A stretch of DNA of 64,000 nucleotides. It comes from Alphaproteobacteria bacterium (GTDB lineage Bacteria; Pseudomonadota; Alphaproteobacteria; Bin95). The translations under genes were made by a program, and so were the position numbers. This document shows, in pieces, positions 1 to 12,906 of the stretch (position 1 is the first letter of the stretch; each line of letters opens with the position of its first letter). The notes under the pieces are model-generated. The model was not told the origin of the DNA. It did no database searches and saw nothing but the letters and a program-made list of their open reading frames with translations. The stretch lies in the NCBI GenBank assembly GCA_965205265.1, contig CBDBGH010000001.1, forward strand, positions 96,001-160,000, in the 5' to 3' direction.

Positions 1-820
1 CTGTGCGACCCTGCGCCTCAACAGACCGACGTGGAACATGATCGAGGCTGACCTCAGGTCGATCGACCTCTCACCTTGAAGGGACGTCGATCTGCTCTCG
101 GGCGGTCTGCCCTGTCCACCGTTTTCGGTGGCAGGTCAACAGCACGGCGCGGATGACGAGCGCGACCTCTTTCCCCGGATGCTTGATATCGTGCGGCAGG
201 TGAGACCACGCGCCGTTCTGGTCGAGAATGTCCGTGGCCTGCTGCATTCGGAGTTCGAGGAAGTCCGCCGCAGGGTCGCCGACGATCTTCTTGCCCAGGG
301 ATTCCGCACGTATTGGGCGATGCTGAAAGCCGCGGATTACGCCACCCCACAGAACCGCTACCGGGTGTTTCTGATCGGGCTCCGGCACGATGTTCAGGGC
401 GAACTGGTCTGGCCGTTCCCGAGTGACGGCGCACGTGTCACGGTCGGGAATTCGGTCGGTGATCTGATGGGCGCGAATGGGTGGAAGGGAACCAATGACT
501 GGATCCGGACCGCAGGTCGGGTAGCGCCTACCATAGTCGGTGGCTCGAAGAAGCATGGTGGCCCTGACCCTGGACCTACCCGGGCCCGTCGCGAGTGGGC
601 TGGGCTGGGGGTGGACGGTCCGGGAATCGCGGATGAAGCACCGGCGCCGGACTTTGAGGGGATGCCGATGCTGACGGCACGGATGGTCGCGCGCGTTCAG
701 GGTTTTCCCGATGTGTGGAGGTTCTTCGGCGGGAAGACCCAGCAATGCCGGCAGATCGGAAATGCGCTTCCACCCCCACTCGCCGCCGCGGTGGCAGGAT
801 CGATAGCGGTATGCCTTCGT
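1..820 (+). pseudogene. C5-cytosine DNA methyltransferase, M.NgoMIV/M.NaeI-like; 5' end outside window, in-frame TGA at 77-79
   Basis: Frame 2 reads CATLRLNRPTW...SP*RDVDLLSGGLPCPPFS (motif IV), VENVRGL (motif VI), APTIVGGSKKHGGPD and RQIGNALPP (motif X). The 3' end is approximate because the frame reads on to 994. Confidence 0.85.
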
Positions 821-1377
821 TGGCGGGTCGGGCCGGAATCGCGGATTTCCTCCGCAGAAACGTCGGTGTGGTGGTCACCACCGAGCGGATATACGAGGCG
901 AGTGGACGGCAGGGGCAGTATGGGCGGCGGCTACGGGAGCTGCGCAACCTGTTCGGATGGAAGATCAGCAGCCACAACGACCGTGCCGACCTGAAGCCAG
1001 GTGAGTATGTTCTCGAGGAACCGCCGCCGGAGAAACACACCTACAGATTTGGAAAGGGTATATCCAGCCGCCTTCGGGCACAGGTCCTGGAGCGCAATGG
1101 CTACACGTGCCGGATGTGCGGGGCAGGGGTTGGCGACACAATGGTCGACGGCCGCAGGGTGCGGCTTCACATCGGACATATCACGGACAGAAGCCATGGT
1201 GGTTCCGACACCCTCGGCAACCTGCGTGTTCCCTGCAGTGAATGCAATCAGGGCGCGAAGAATCTCGTTCAGGAGCCTCCCTCGTGCGTCTGGTTGATGA
1301 GTCAGGTTCGAAGGGCCAGGGAAGATGACCAACGCGCTGTACTGGACTGGCTGGCGCGCAGGATCGGGTCCATTTGA
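811..1377 (+). CDS. HNH endonuclease, probable partner of the upstream C5 MTase
   Basis: LRAQVLERNGYTCRMCG...LHIGHITDRSHGGSDTLGNLRVPCSECNQG; ATG at 811 overlaps the MTase end. Confidence 0.8.
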   Translation: MPSLAGRAGIADFLRRNVGVVVTTERIYEASGRQGQYGRRLRELRNLFGWKISSHNDRADLKPGEYVLEEPPPEKHTYRFGKGISSRLRAQVLERNGYTCRMCGAGVGDTMVDGRRVRLHIGHITDRSHGGSDTLGNLRVPCSECNQGAKNLVQEPPSCVWLMSQVRRAREDDQRAVLDWLARRIGSI

Positions 1378-1450
1378 GTGGACTGATGGACGTTCGCCGC
1401 GAAACGCTGAACCTGTCCATTCAGGGACCGGTGTCTCCATCCGTTGCCGC

Positions 1451-1494
1451 TTACCGCCGTAAAGCCCCGTTCTTCGGGGCGGGGATATGAGGCG
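1451..1494 (+). repeat. IS200/IS605-like subterminal hairpin, orphan end
   Basis: TTAC-CGCCGTAAAGCCCCGTTCTTCGGGGCGGGGATATGAGGCG resembles IS605-family end hairpins; no tnpA or tnpB nearby. Confidence 0.4.
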
Positions 1495-1717
1495 CAGGCA
1501 CCTTGGCGCTTCCCTGGCATCGACGGATGCCTGCGCAGGGAATCCCTGGACATTTCACTGCCCGGCCTTTGCCTGTTTGGCCGCAGTGAAGCCAATCCAG
1601 CGTGAAAAGTCCACGAAACGGAATTCGCGACGCCCGCGCAACAGACTGATAATGAACGAAAGGAATTTCTGGCGGGAATTGCTGCGACACCCTCGGCAAT
1701 CTGCGTGTTCTCTGCAG

Positions 1718-2989
1718 TCACTGTTCCAGACGGCTGACCGGAGCCAGCCCACCGGCCTTGAGGAGGAAGTTTCGGAACGAGGGGATGGGACAGTGAATGG
1801 TCCTGTCCGGCTTCATGTGCAGGGCACCCTGATGGATGAGATGGTTGAGGAAATCCTCCGCGTCCTTACCTTTGGGCAGCCGCTGGCCGGGACGGTCGGC
1901 GACATTGCCTTCGATGATTCCCTGTATTTCCCCGGGATGCATTCCGTCCTCTGACTCCGCCATCACCCGGGCCACAAGGATACTGGCGTTCATCATTTCC
2001 CGGCTCTGCTGGAGATGGTAATGGTTCCGCCGGCTTTCCGCTGATTCACGCATGGCTTCCAGCCAGTCGATTGTGGCCAGGTCGCCATCGGTCTTCAATA
2101 CACCCCGTCCCATGGCCTGCAGGGCGAAATGCAGGTGCCTTGGCCAGCCCTTGCAGGGCGCGGCCAGGGCCATGAGCCTGCTCTCCTGCCCGGTGGCTCC
2201 GATGCCGAAATGGTCGCAGAAGGAAAGCATGAGGTCCATGACCTCGACATAGCCACCCCGTTCCGGATCCGGTTCCGTGGACAGGGCCCCGATCTCCCTG
2301 ACGGACAGCCTTGTCAGGCCCAGCTCGGCGACCACGTCCGCCGTGTCGCCCAATCCACCGAGAACCAGCGACAGGGGCAGGGTTGAGCGGCCGTTATGGA
2401 GCGTACGCAGGAATACAGCATGAGGCATGCGTCTGTCCTCGGTCAGGTTCTGGGCCTCGTCGATGCAGACGATGACCGGCCCCTGCCATTTCCTCGCCGG
2501 GAATCTCTTCGCCAGGGACAGGACATTCTCCGGGCAGGTATTGTCGCGCACCGTCGATGACAGGGCCGCCTCAGCCTTGACGGCCTGCAGGTCCACGCCC
2601 AGGGCGGACTTCGAGGATATCCCTTTCCACATCTCCGGTGACAGCCCGCCAGCCAGTCCGATGAGTTCGATTACGTCAGGCAATCCATCCATCAGTTCCT
2701 CGCTGGAAAGGGTGACGACCCGCGACTGTTCCGGCAGGTGGGCGCGGGTGCCGACCGAGCGTTCCCTGAGTTCGTCGATGAGGGCGGTCTTGCCGGCGCC
2801 GGGTGCGCCCTGCACGACTGTGGTGGCCTTTCCCACGCCATGGATGTGGGCGCCCGGTCCTTTCCAGCTGGCGCTGGCGTAGCCCTTGATCCGGTTCAGG
2901 ATATCCCCGCGTCCGATGTAGACAGGGGGAGTGTCGCCATCGGTGGTGTTGACGAAGTCCTGCAGGGCCTCTCTCCTGAATTCCGTCAT
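1718..2989 (-). CDS. P-loop AAA-type ATPase, paralog 1
   Basis: YIGR motif, Walker A GAPGAGKT, Walker B VCIDEAQ; close paralog of 40407-41720. Confidence 0.8.
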   Translation of the reverse strand: MTEFRREALQDFVNTTDGDTPPVYIGRGDILNRIKGYASASWKGPGAHIHGVGKATTVVQGAPGAGKTALIDELRERSVGTRAHLPEQSRVVTLSSEELMDGLPDVIELIGLAGGLSPEMWKGISSKSALGVDLQAVKAEAALSSTVRDNTCPENVLSLAKRFPARKWQGPVIVCIDEAQNLTEDRRMPHAVFLRTLHNGRSTLPLSLVLGGLGDTADVVAELGLTRLSVREIGALSTEPDPERGGYVEVMDLMLSFCDHFGIGATGQESRLMALAAPCKGWPRHLHFALQAMGRGVLKTDGDLATIDWLEAMRESAESRRNHYHLQQSREMMNASILVARVMAESEDGMHPGEIQGIIEGNVADRPGQRLPKGKDAEDFLNHLIHQGALHMKPDRTIHCPIPSFRNFLLKAGGLAPVSRLEQ

Positions 2990-3157
2990 GGGAATGTCCT
3001 TCCGGGATGATCAGGCGTTTCCATCCTATTGCGGAAAACGGTCATTGTCCAAGGGATACGGAAAGGTGCGGCGACACCGCTCCATGAACCGCCGTCTGGC
3101 CGCACCGCCCGGCCACCCTCGCGGTGGTTGATTCGTGTCCGGCTTCCGGATACCGGA

Positions 3158-3767
3158 TCAGAAAGGGTTCTCCAGCGCCACCCCTGTGGGCGCGAAATCC
3201 CTGGTGTTCCGCGTGATCACCGTGGCGCCATGGCGCAGCGCCTTCGCCGCGGTCATGGGATCCGCGCCGGTGTGGCCGGTCTCCGCGCTGAGGCGTCCCC
3301 GGATGCGCGCGTCCTCCGCCCCGAAGTCCAGGATCCGGTCGGCGAACACCAGCAGGTCGCGGGCGAAGTCCGGATTCCGGCGCCTCTGCCGCTGGATGCC
3401 GCGCTCGACCCCGCCCACGGTGACGGCGCTGATGTAGAGGCTGTCCTCCGGCCTGCCGCGCGGGAACGCCGCGACCTGCGGTGCCCGTTCCGGCCTCCGC
3501 GCGGCCGGGGAGCACATCGGTGTCGGCCACATACACCCGGAACTCCACATCGCGGGGCGTGACCTGCGCCCGCTCCACCCCAGGGGCCGGGAATGCCGGC
3601 AGGTGCCCGGCGAAGCTCTCCCTGCGCTCCACCGCGCCGCCGATGAGATGTCGGTCATCGGTGGCGCCGGGAACCACCACCGCCGGCCTGCCGCGGCGGC
3701 TCACCTCCTGCGGCCTGCCGGCCAGCGCCGCCTCCACCACGGCGGAGAATCTGTTCTTCGCGTCCTG
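3158..3767 (-). pseudogene. Phd/YefM antitoxin plus VapC (PIN) toxin, copy A, degenerate and 5'-truncated
   Basis: QDAKNRFSAVVEAA...VSRRGRPAVVV, then frameshifted YVADTDVL...LYISAVTVG...VITRNTRDF; near-identical to 7937-8561. Confidence 0.75.
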
Positions 3768-5161
3768 GGGTCAATTAAGGCTCAGTGCCAAATCCTGCGT
3801 CAAGCCCTCTGGGTCCCTTGCAATGTGCGATAGACGGTTGCCCTCATTACCCATATAGGTCGTTGCCAATGGCACCGGTGTCGAAACGGTCCCCAAGGAC
3901 GAAGTCGAAGTCGAAATCCTCCGCAGTGATCTGCGACGCCCGTATCCCGACCAAGGTGACGGATCCGCTGTCCCAGGTGATCACGGTGTTCTCGCCCGAC
4001 TGACTGATCGTGAGATCCTCAAGCTTCGTCCTGAGCGCCTCCCCAACAATGGACGCCGGGACTGACTTGAACGCCAGAATGTCCGTCCCGTCCTCGAAAT
4101 CCTCGATCGTCGCATGGCCGCCGTAATCTCTCCAGGATTTTCTCGCGAGCAGGAAAATATCGTTGCCGTCGCCACCATGGAGCGTATCGTGGGCTGGGCC
4201 AACAGCGAGAATTTCGTTGCCCTCTTCGTCATAGTGCGTAAAATAGTCTGGGCCAACAGCGAGAATGTCGTTGCCCTCACCGCCATAGAGCGTGTCGTCG
4301 CCAAATCCGCCGATGAGCAGGTCGTTACCTGCACCTCCGTAAAGGGTGTCGTTGCCCCAGCTGCCCCAGAGCCCGTCCATGCCGTCGCCGCCTCTGAGCG
4401 TGTCGTTGCCGTCGCCGCCGTCGAGGTGATCATTGCCGTTGCCACCCTCCAACGTGTCGTCGCCGTCGCCACTATGGAGTTCGTCGTTGCCGTCGCCGCC
4501 GTACAGCCTGTCGTCGCCCTTGCCGCCATTCAGGTCGTCGTCGCCGCCACCGCCGTAGAGGGTGTCGTCGCCGTATTCGCCGGCCAGCCAGTCGTTGCGC
4601 TTGCCGCCGTACATCTTGTCGTTGCCGTCGCTGCCAAGGATGACGGCGTCGAAGTTGCTCCAGCCGCCGCCGATGCCTCCGTCAGTGTCGTAGTCGACAT
4701 GCCGGGTGAAGCCCCTGGGCAGCGCGAAGTCGCCCCCATCGAGGGTGTCCGCCGACACACCTGTCAGCCTGATGGTGTCGCCATCGCCGTAGCGAACAAG
4801 GGCATCGGCGCCATCCTGCTCGATGACCAGCCCCGCGAACCCGCCCGCCTCGCCATCGATGCGGATCGTGTCGCCGTCCTCGAAGTCGGCAATGGTGTCG
4901 TGGCCGTCCCCTGCCTTGAACACGAAGGTGTCGTCGCCCAGGCCGCCCCTCAGCCAGTCGTCACCCTCCCCGCCGTTAAGAGTGTCGTTGCCCTTGCCGC
5001 CCCTGAGCGTGTCGGCGCCCCTGCCGCCGTTAAGAATATCGTCACCTTTGCGGCCTATCAGGGTGTCGTCGCCGTCTCCGCCGTCGAGGGTATCGGCGCC
5101 ATTTTCGCCCTTCCGCGTCACTCCGGCGGTCTTCCGCTGGGCCGGGTCGGACCCTTCACCT

Positions 5162-6428
<1,267 letters not shown>

Positions 6429-7936
6429 CGCCGGGACGGACCGCGTCCGTCCGGCACCGGAACGAATCACCCGCGGGCCGGCCGGGGTCTCCCCGGCGGG
6501 CGTTTCCGGCGTGCCCGGACGGCACCCCCTGTGGGGAACGCTGTGGAAAGGTCCGGGACAGCCGCACACGGAACCCGGAAAAAACGGAAAAAAAGCCGGA
6601 TCCGGGCTTGATTTCCAACATGGATGCTTCCTCGCCTTCCGTCCGCGTCACCTGCTCCAGGACGGGGCCTTCCCCGTCGCCGTCACCCTCGCCGTTCGGG
6701 GCGTCGTCGTCATCGCCTTCCGTCTGCGTCACCTTCGCCAGGATAGGGCCGTCGCTCTCGGCGGGAGGAAACTCGAAGCGGTTCCTTCCAAGCGTCTCCG
6801 CCGACACGCCCGACAGCCTGATGGTGTCGCCGTCGCCGTAGCGGATGACGGTATCGGCGCCGTCCCGCTCGATGACCAGCGCCTCGAAGCCCCCGGATAC
6901 GCCGGTGATCCTGATGGTGTCGCCGTCCCCGAAGTCGGAGATCCTGTCGTGGCCGTCCCCGACCGCGAACGCGAAGGTGTCGGCGCCGATGCCGCCCGAC
7001 ATCCAGTCATCGCCCCGGCCGCCCCTCAGTGTGTCGTCGCCGCGCCCGCCCCACAGCGTGTCGACGCCCTCGCCGCCGTCGAGCGTGTCGTTGCCGTCGC
7101 CGCCGTAGAGGGTGTCGTCGCCCGCGTCGCCGTGCACGGTGTCATCGCCGGACCAGCCGTCGAGCGTGTCGCCGCCCGCGCCGCCATGGAGGGTGTCGTT
7201 GCCGTCGCCGCCCGTAAGCGTGTCCGCCGCCGCGCCGCCGCGCAGGGTGATGCCTTCAGCTGTCATCATTCATCCTCCCGTTGGTGAAAGCTGGTGAAAC
7301 CGGTCAGGCCGCCGCCCGAGGCCGGTCCAGCGCAGGACGGCCGCGGCGGTCTGGAATGTCGCGAAAGGGAAAAGGGGCGGGGAGGCGTCCGGACCCGGAC
7401 GCCCGGCGTCAGGCGGCGGAGGCGCGGATGCTCCCCCGGCTGCCCCTGACTTTTAGGGGGGGGGGAACTCCACTCTTCCTGCCATGCCGACACTCCCATG
7501 GTGCGTGGGCCGGTGCCCGTTCCGCCGCGCCACAATGGCACATGCCGGGGCTGGATGCAAGCCCACCGATGTGACCCCATGTCGCATATGGTGGTGAAAG
7601 GCTGAACAGCCGTCAGGGGCAATCCGGCACCTCGCCGTCCCCCTCCGGCGCGCGCGGCGCCACGGAGGTCGTCGGATCCGTCGCTGTCCATCGGCGGGCC
7701 ACCCCGGCGCCTCCGCCTCTCGATGGCGTGCCGCAGCTGATGGGCGAACGGTTGTTGGCCGTCCGGGATGATAGGGCGTTTCCATCCTATTGCGGAGAAC
7801 CGTCATTGTCCAAGGGATACGGAAAGGTGCGGCGACACCGCTCCATGAACCGCCGTCTGGCCGCACCGCTGATGCGTAGGTCTCCATCCGGCCACCCTCG
7901 CGGTGGTTGATTCGTGTCCGGCTTCCGGATACCGGA

Positions 7937-8561
7937 TCAGAAAGTGTTCTCCAGCGCCACCCCTGTGGGCGCGGGATCCCCGGTGTTCCGCGTGATCACC
8001 GTGGCGCCATGGCGCAGCGCCGTCGCCGCGGTCATGGGATCCGCGCCGGTGTGGCCGGTCTCCGCGCTGAGGCGTCCCCGGATGCGCGCGTCCTCCGCCC
8101 CGAAGTCCAGGATCCGGTCGGCGAACACCAGCAGGTCGCGGGCGAAGTCCGGATTCCGGCGCCTCTGCCGCTGGATGCCGCGCTCGACCCCGCCCACGGT
8201 GACGGCGCTGATGTAGAGGCTGTCCTCCGGCCTGCCGCGCAGGAACGCCGCGACCTGCGGCGCCCTTTCCGGCCTCCGGGCGGCCGGGGAGCACATCGGT
8301 GTCGGTCACCTACACCCGGAACTCCACATCGCGGGGCGTGACCTGCGCCCGCTCCACCCCAGGGGTCGGGAATGCCGGCAGATGCCCGGCGAAGCTCTCC
8401 CGGCGCTCCACCGCGCCATCGATGAGATGTCGGTCATCGGCGGCGCCGGGAACCACCACCGCCGGCCCGCCGCGGCGGCTCACCTCCTGCGGCCCGCCGG
8501 ACCACGCCGCCTCCACCACGGCGGAGAATCTGTTCTTCGCGTCCTGCAGGGTCCAGGTCAT
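7937..8561 (-). pseudogene. Phd/YefM antitoxin (8310-8561, open) plus frameshifted VapC, copy B
   Basis: MTWTLQDAKNRFSAVVEAA...; PIN remnants; upstream palindrome CTGGCCA-N6-TGGCCAG (8581-8600) is a possible operator. Confidence 0.75.
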
Positions 8562-8733
8562 GTTCACCTCCGAAATCCATCTGGCCATATGACTGGCCAG
8601 ACAGGCGACTGCAACCACATCCGGTCATGAGGATGGCGCGGGCGGCGTGGGAGAGCCGCTTCGGGGCTGCGATCACCTCTCCCTTCCGTATGGATGCTTG
8701 ACGGAAGGTCCGCCACCCCACTATCGGTGCAGG

Positions 8734-9990
8734 ATGGAGAGCGACCAGCGCAATGAAGCCAATTTCGCCAGCGGCACCGTCTGGACCGGGGACAACCTTC
8801 CGGTGCTGCGGGGTCTCAACTCCGCATGCGTTGACCTGATCTACCTTGACCCGCCGTTCAACTCGAACCGGCACTGCGAGGCCCCGATAGGGTCGAAGGC
8901 GGCCGGGGCGAGCTTCAAGGACGCATGGACACTGGACGACGTTGACGTGCACGAGCACGGCGATCTGGCGGACCGGAACCCGCTGGCCTATTCGGTCATC
9001 GAGTCCGCGAGGCAGGCGCATGGCAAGGGCATGCAGTCCTACCTGATCTTCATGGCCGTCCGGCTCATGGAGATGCGCCGCGTGCTTTAAGGACACCGGC
9101 TCGGTCTACCTCCACTGCGACGACACCGCCGGGCATTGGCTCCGGGTCTTGATGGACGGAATCTTCGGGCGGGCCGCCTTCCGCAATGAGATCGTGTGGA
9201 AGCGGATCGGCAACCACAACGACGCTGGCCGGTTCGGGCGCACCGGTGACCGTCTCCTGTTCTACGGTTCGGACATTCAGCGGGAAGGGGTGCGGATTCC
9301 GCTTTCCGGCAGCAACCTGCGCTCGAAGTACCGGTACCGCGACGGACGCGGACGGTACAGGAAGGGAGACCTGACAGGGGCAGGGACCAGTGACGGAGAG
9401 GCGGGAGCCGTGGCGTGGCTGGAATCCCTCTGACATCGGGCGGCACTGAAGCGTTCCCCGGCCCGGCGACTACGCGGCCTGGATCGAGACCGGCCCCATT
9501 CCCGGCTATCGGGCCGAGAAAGGCGTCCTGGCGCGGCTCGACATGCTGCATGACGCGGACCTGATCGCCTTCACGGCGAACGGCACGCCGGAACTGAAGC
9601 GCTACCTCGCCGCCAGTCCGGGTCAGGTGCCGCCCGATGTATGGACGGACATTCCCCCGGTGAACTCCCAGGCGAAGGAGCGGACGGGCTACCCGACACA
9701 GAAGCCGCTCGCGCTGCCTGACCGGATCATCCGGGCGTCCAGCGGTCCGGGTGACATGGTTCTCGACCCGTTCTGCGGCTGCGCCACCGCGCTTGTCGCC
9801 GCCGACAGGCTGCAGAGGCGTTGGGCCGGAATTGACCTTTCGGCGCTGGCGGTGAGTCTGGTGAACGAACGCATCGAGAGCGACAGGGCATCCGGCAGGC
9901 CGGGCCATCACATCGGCGGCAATCTCCGGGGCGGCGCCACGGCGCTGGAGATTCCGCCTGTGCGCACGGACCTTGGTGAGCTGGCCAGCT
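8734..9990 (+). pseudogene. N6/N4 site-specific DNA methyltransferase, frameshifted and truncated by an IS4-like element
   Basis: GDNL..LIYLDPPFN, VYLHCD, FRNEIVWKR, GYPTQKP, VLDPFCGCAT spread over several frames. Confidence 0.85.
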
Positions 9991-11710
9991 CTACCGTGTC
10001 ATGATAACTCTGCATGGCGACGTGCCATTCCGCTCCGCGCAGCGCATGCCTCCGGCCGGCCTCGAAGCCGATCCCGTGATCCAGCGCGGCGCTGGTCAGC
10101 CGCGTCTGGCCGTGCCACATGATCCGGTTTCCCGGCTCCGCGTCGGTGAACATCAGCTGCGGGCCGCGGTCGGGGACCTGGCGCCCGAGCAGGGTCATGG
10201 CCATGATCCGCAGGCGATGACCGCGTTGATGGCGACCGCCCGCCGCAGCCGTCCGGCGGTGCGGACCGGGATCACCCGCGTCCTTCCGCCGACCTCGCGG
10301 ACGGCGTCGGCGATGTCGTCGAAGCCCTCCAGCCAGCGCTCCGTCTTCCGACGCTCCTCCGCCTCCTCCGGCGTCCGGTCCGTCCCGTCCTTCGGGGACG
10401 CCTTCGCCGGGTCGAAGCCCAGCCGGGGCAGGCCGATGTCCGTCACCGCCAGCGTCGCGTGCATGTGCAGGCCCAGCGTCGAGGACGTGGCCCGGTTCCC
10501 GCCGATGGGCTCCAGGCCGTCGCAGCCGGGGCGGCGCGGGAGGTTCAGGTCCGTCCCGTCCTGGATGGCCAGGACCGTCCGCTGGCCCCGGATCCTCTGG
10601 ACGGTCCGCCCGCGGTGCGTCGCCAGGATGTTCGGCGCCGTCACCTCCGACCCGTCCGGCGACCCGGTCATGCGGTGGAAGCCGGCGACGTCGCTGTCCC
10701 CGCTGTCGCTGGAGGCGTTGATCCTCTGTCCGGGACACCCCGCCAGGAGGCCGGCGCTCCTGACCAGCCGTGCCGGGAGCCGTCCGTCGCCCAGGGGTGC
10801 CCCTCCGGACCCGTTCTCCGCCCGGACCGCCGCGTCCAGGCCCTCGCCGGGCCCAAGCGACGGCGCATGGTCCACATGCGGGACCCCCAGCCTGCGGCGC
10901 CAGGACCGCTCCAGACCGCGCATGAACACCGTCCTCACGGTCCTCTCCCGCCGGTGCTCCCGGTCCTGCCGGCCAAGCCCGGCCGTGGCGCCGAGGCACA
11001 GGAAGCCCGCCGCCCGCAGGCGGATCCCCTCATACCCCCCGTCGGCGAAGCTCCCAGCCAGCCAGGGACGGAATCCGTGGCGTTCCGCGAAGTCGTCCGG
11101 CAGGCGGCGCAGGATGCGGCTGGCAAGGTGCGGGCAGCGCACCGGGGGCCGGACCAGAAAGCGGCTCAGGCAGACGACGCGGGCGGGGTGCGCCCGCCGC
11201 CCCGCGTCGTCCCACGCGATCCAGCGGTCCCGCGCCGCGACCCGCAGCGCGGCGGCCGGGAACCCCGCCGCGCCGAGCCAGCCGTGGTCCGAGCCGACCA
11301 GATGGCGCACCTGGCGGCCCGCGAAGACCGCCATCCCGTGCGGGTGCTCCCGCGCCATCAGCGTGTTCCACCTCCGGGACCCCTGCGCCGGGCAGGCGCG
11401 GCCCGCCCGTCACCGCCGGCGCCTTCGGCGGCGGTAGCGCGATGCCCGGCTCGCGTTCGGCCAGGGCGGCCGTGCGCCTTCAGGCAGCCGGACAGCTGCG
11501 GGCGGCCGCGTGCGTCGACGAACGGGAACTCACCGCAGACGCGCCGGCCCAGCGCGCTCCGGGTGTCGAACCGCTCCCGCGACAGGATCTCCGTGACCCG
11601 CGCGACCGCCGCCGCGTCCCGCAGCGTGCGGCTGATCTGTGACTGTGCCATGCCGCATTCCTGGCCTGCGGAATTCACGTTGTTCAGAACTTTTTTTGTA
11701 GACATGGTAG
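9991..11710 (-). mobile_element. Decayed IS4/Tn5-like element with an N-terminal DUF4338 (DruA-like) domain on the transposase
   Basis: Inverted ends CTACCGTGTC (9991) and GACATGGTAG (11701); GRQVRHLV..WLGAAGF..RDRWIAW..SRFLVRP, then LGDGRL..RL, VLAIQDGTDL, GLHMHATLAV; frameshifts and internal deletion. Confidence 0.7.
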
Positions 11711-11908
11711 GGCGGGTCTGCGTCCTCACCGCCCGCACCCGCGACGCGCGGGAGAAGGCGTCACGTCCCAGGCCGGGCGTCTGCGAGGTCCCGCTCTCTG
11801 TGGTCCGCAGGCCGGCGGCGATGTGGCCGGGAGAGAAATGCCGGTCGGGCACGTAATCGGAAAGGGATTATGTAGGAAAGTGCCGAAATAGTTGTTGACG
11901 CGCCCGGC

Positions 11909-12082
11909 TCACCGATCCCGCCGATGCCGGGCAACGCGGACAACCTCGACCGGCTTTGCCAAGGCGCTCACCGCTTCCTCAAACGTCGCGTCAACCCGCG
12001 TGTCCGCTTCCAGTTCCTCTTTGGAGGGCTGGTAGCTGTCTCGCGCAATCTCAACCCGCACGGGCTTGGGCCTGTTGGTCAT
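11909..12082 (-). CDS. Small hypothetical passenger protein, 57 aa (MTNRPKPVRVEIARDSYQPSKEELEAD...)
   Basis: ATG overlaps the REase stop (ATGA); stop abuts the inverted repeat; below the ORF-track length cutoff. Confidence 0.55.
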   Translation of the reverse strand: MTNRPKPVRVEIARDSYQPSKEELEADTRVDATFEEAVSALAKPVEVVRVARHRRDR

Positions 12083-12906
12083 GGGGTAGCTCCGATCCGT
12101 TCCAGTTTCGCTCGCAGGGTGTCTTCAAACTCCTTGCGTTTCACGGTCTCCGCCGACAGCAGTCTGACGCTGGAGTCTTCTAACGACAACACCTCCCAAT
12201 GGTGCGGCTCCAGTGTGAAGTTGTCTGTCATGCGCGGGATCAGCCACGCAATGTCGCCGTCGTCCAGGTCGTGAGACGGCGCAGCGCTCGGTCCACCTAT
12301 TGCGGCGAAGAACGGCCAGTCAACGGACACCGCCAGCTTTGTGCCCCATCGTCTCAACGTCGGGGCCTTGATCTGGAGTTGAGGCATGAGCCGTTTCGCG
12401 CTGGACGACCGCCAGTCCGGTCTTCGTCTGCCTTGAGGTGCGGGAGGTTGCGCGTCGTTGTTGGTCAGCAAGGCCTCGAACTCGGGCACCATTCCGGCAC
12501 CCTGAAAGTAGACGGCCTGAATCTCCAACCCGAACCACGTTGCCGCCGTGTCCTCTCCCGCAACGACAAGATCAATGCGGCCGGCCGGTCGCCCGGTCGC
12601 GGGTGAGCGCATGAACGGAACCTCGCGGGCGAGAAAGACCTCCTGAAAGCCCACGATCCGCGCCAACCAGTTTGGAACGAGATTGCCTTCCTCGAAGCGG
12701 CTTGGGCAGGTAACGACAGGCCGACCTTCCGGTTCCTGTATCGAACACACGCCGCCTCTCTTGCCGCACGGCGGGTTGCCCCGCTGAAAGGGACACGGGG
12801 GCGGATCAACGCGTTGTAGAGCCGCCTCCGCCAATGCTTGTCGGCGGGCGGGCGGCATGGCCGAGAATGGCTCTCCGAACCATTCGGCAATCCCGTAGCC
12901 GCTCAC
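12079..12906 (-). CDS. NotI-family type II restriction endonuclease
   Basis: IAEWFG, Cys cluster CPF..CxKxGGVCS..VTCPSRF, RIDLV...LEIQAVY, RPDWRSSSAKRLMPQL. Confidence 0.8.
   Translation of the reverse strand: MSGYGIAEWFGEPFSAMPPARRQALAEAALQRVDPPPCPFQRGNPPCGKRGGVCSIQEPEGRPVVTCPSRFEEGNLVPNWLARIVGFQEVFLAREVPFMRSPATGRPAGRIDLVVAGEDTAATWFGLEIQAVYFQGAGMVPEFEALLTNNDAQPPAPQGRRRPDWRSSSAKRLMPQLQIKAPTLRRWGTKLAVSVDWPFFAAIGGPSAAPSHDLDDGDIAWLIPRMTDNFTLEPHHWEVLSLEDSSVRLLSAETVKRKEFEDTLRAKLERIGATP

Noticed and set aside
10195-11358. Druantia anti-phage system
   Set aside because: Only a DruA-like domain within an IS; no DruE helicase or other dru genes.
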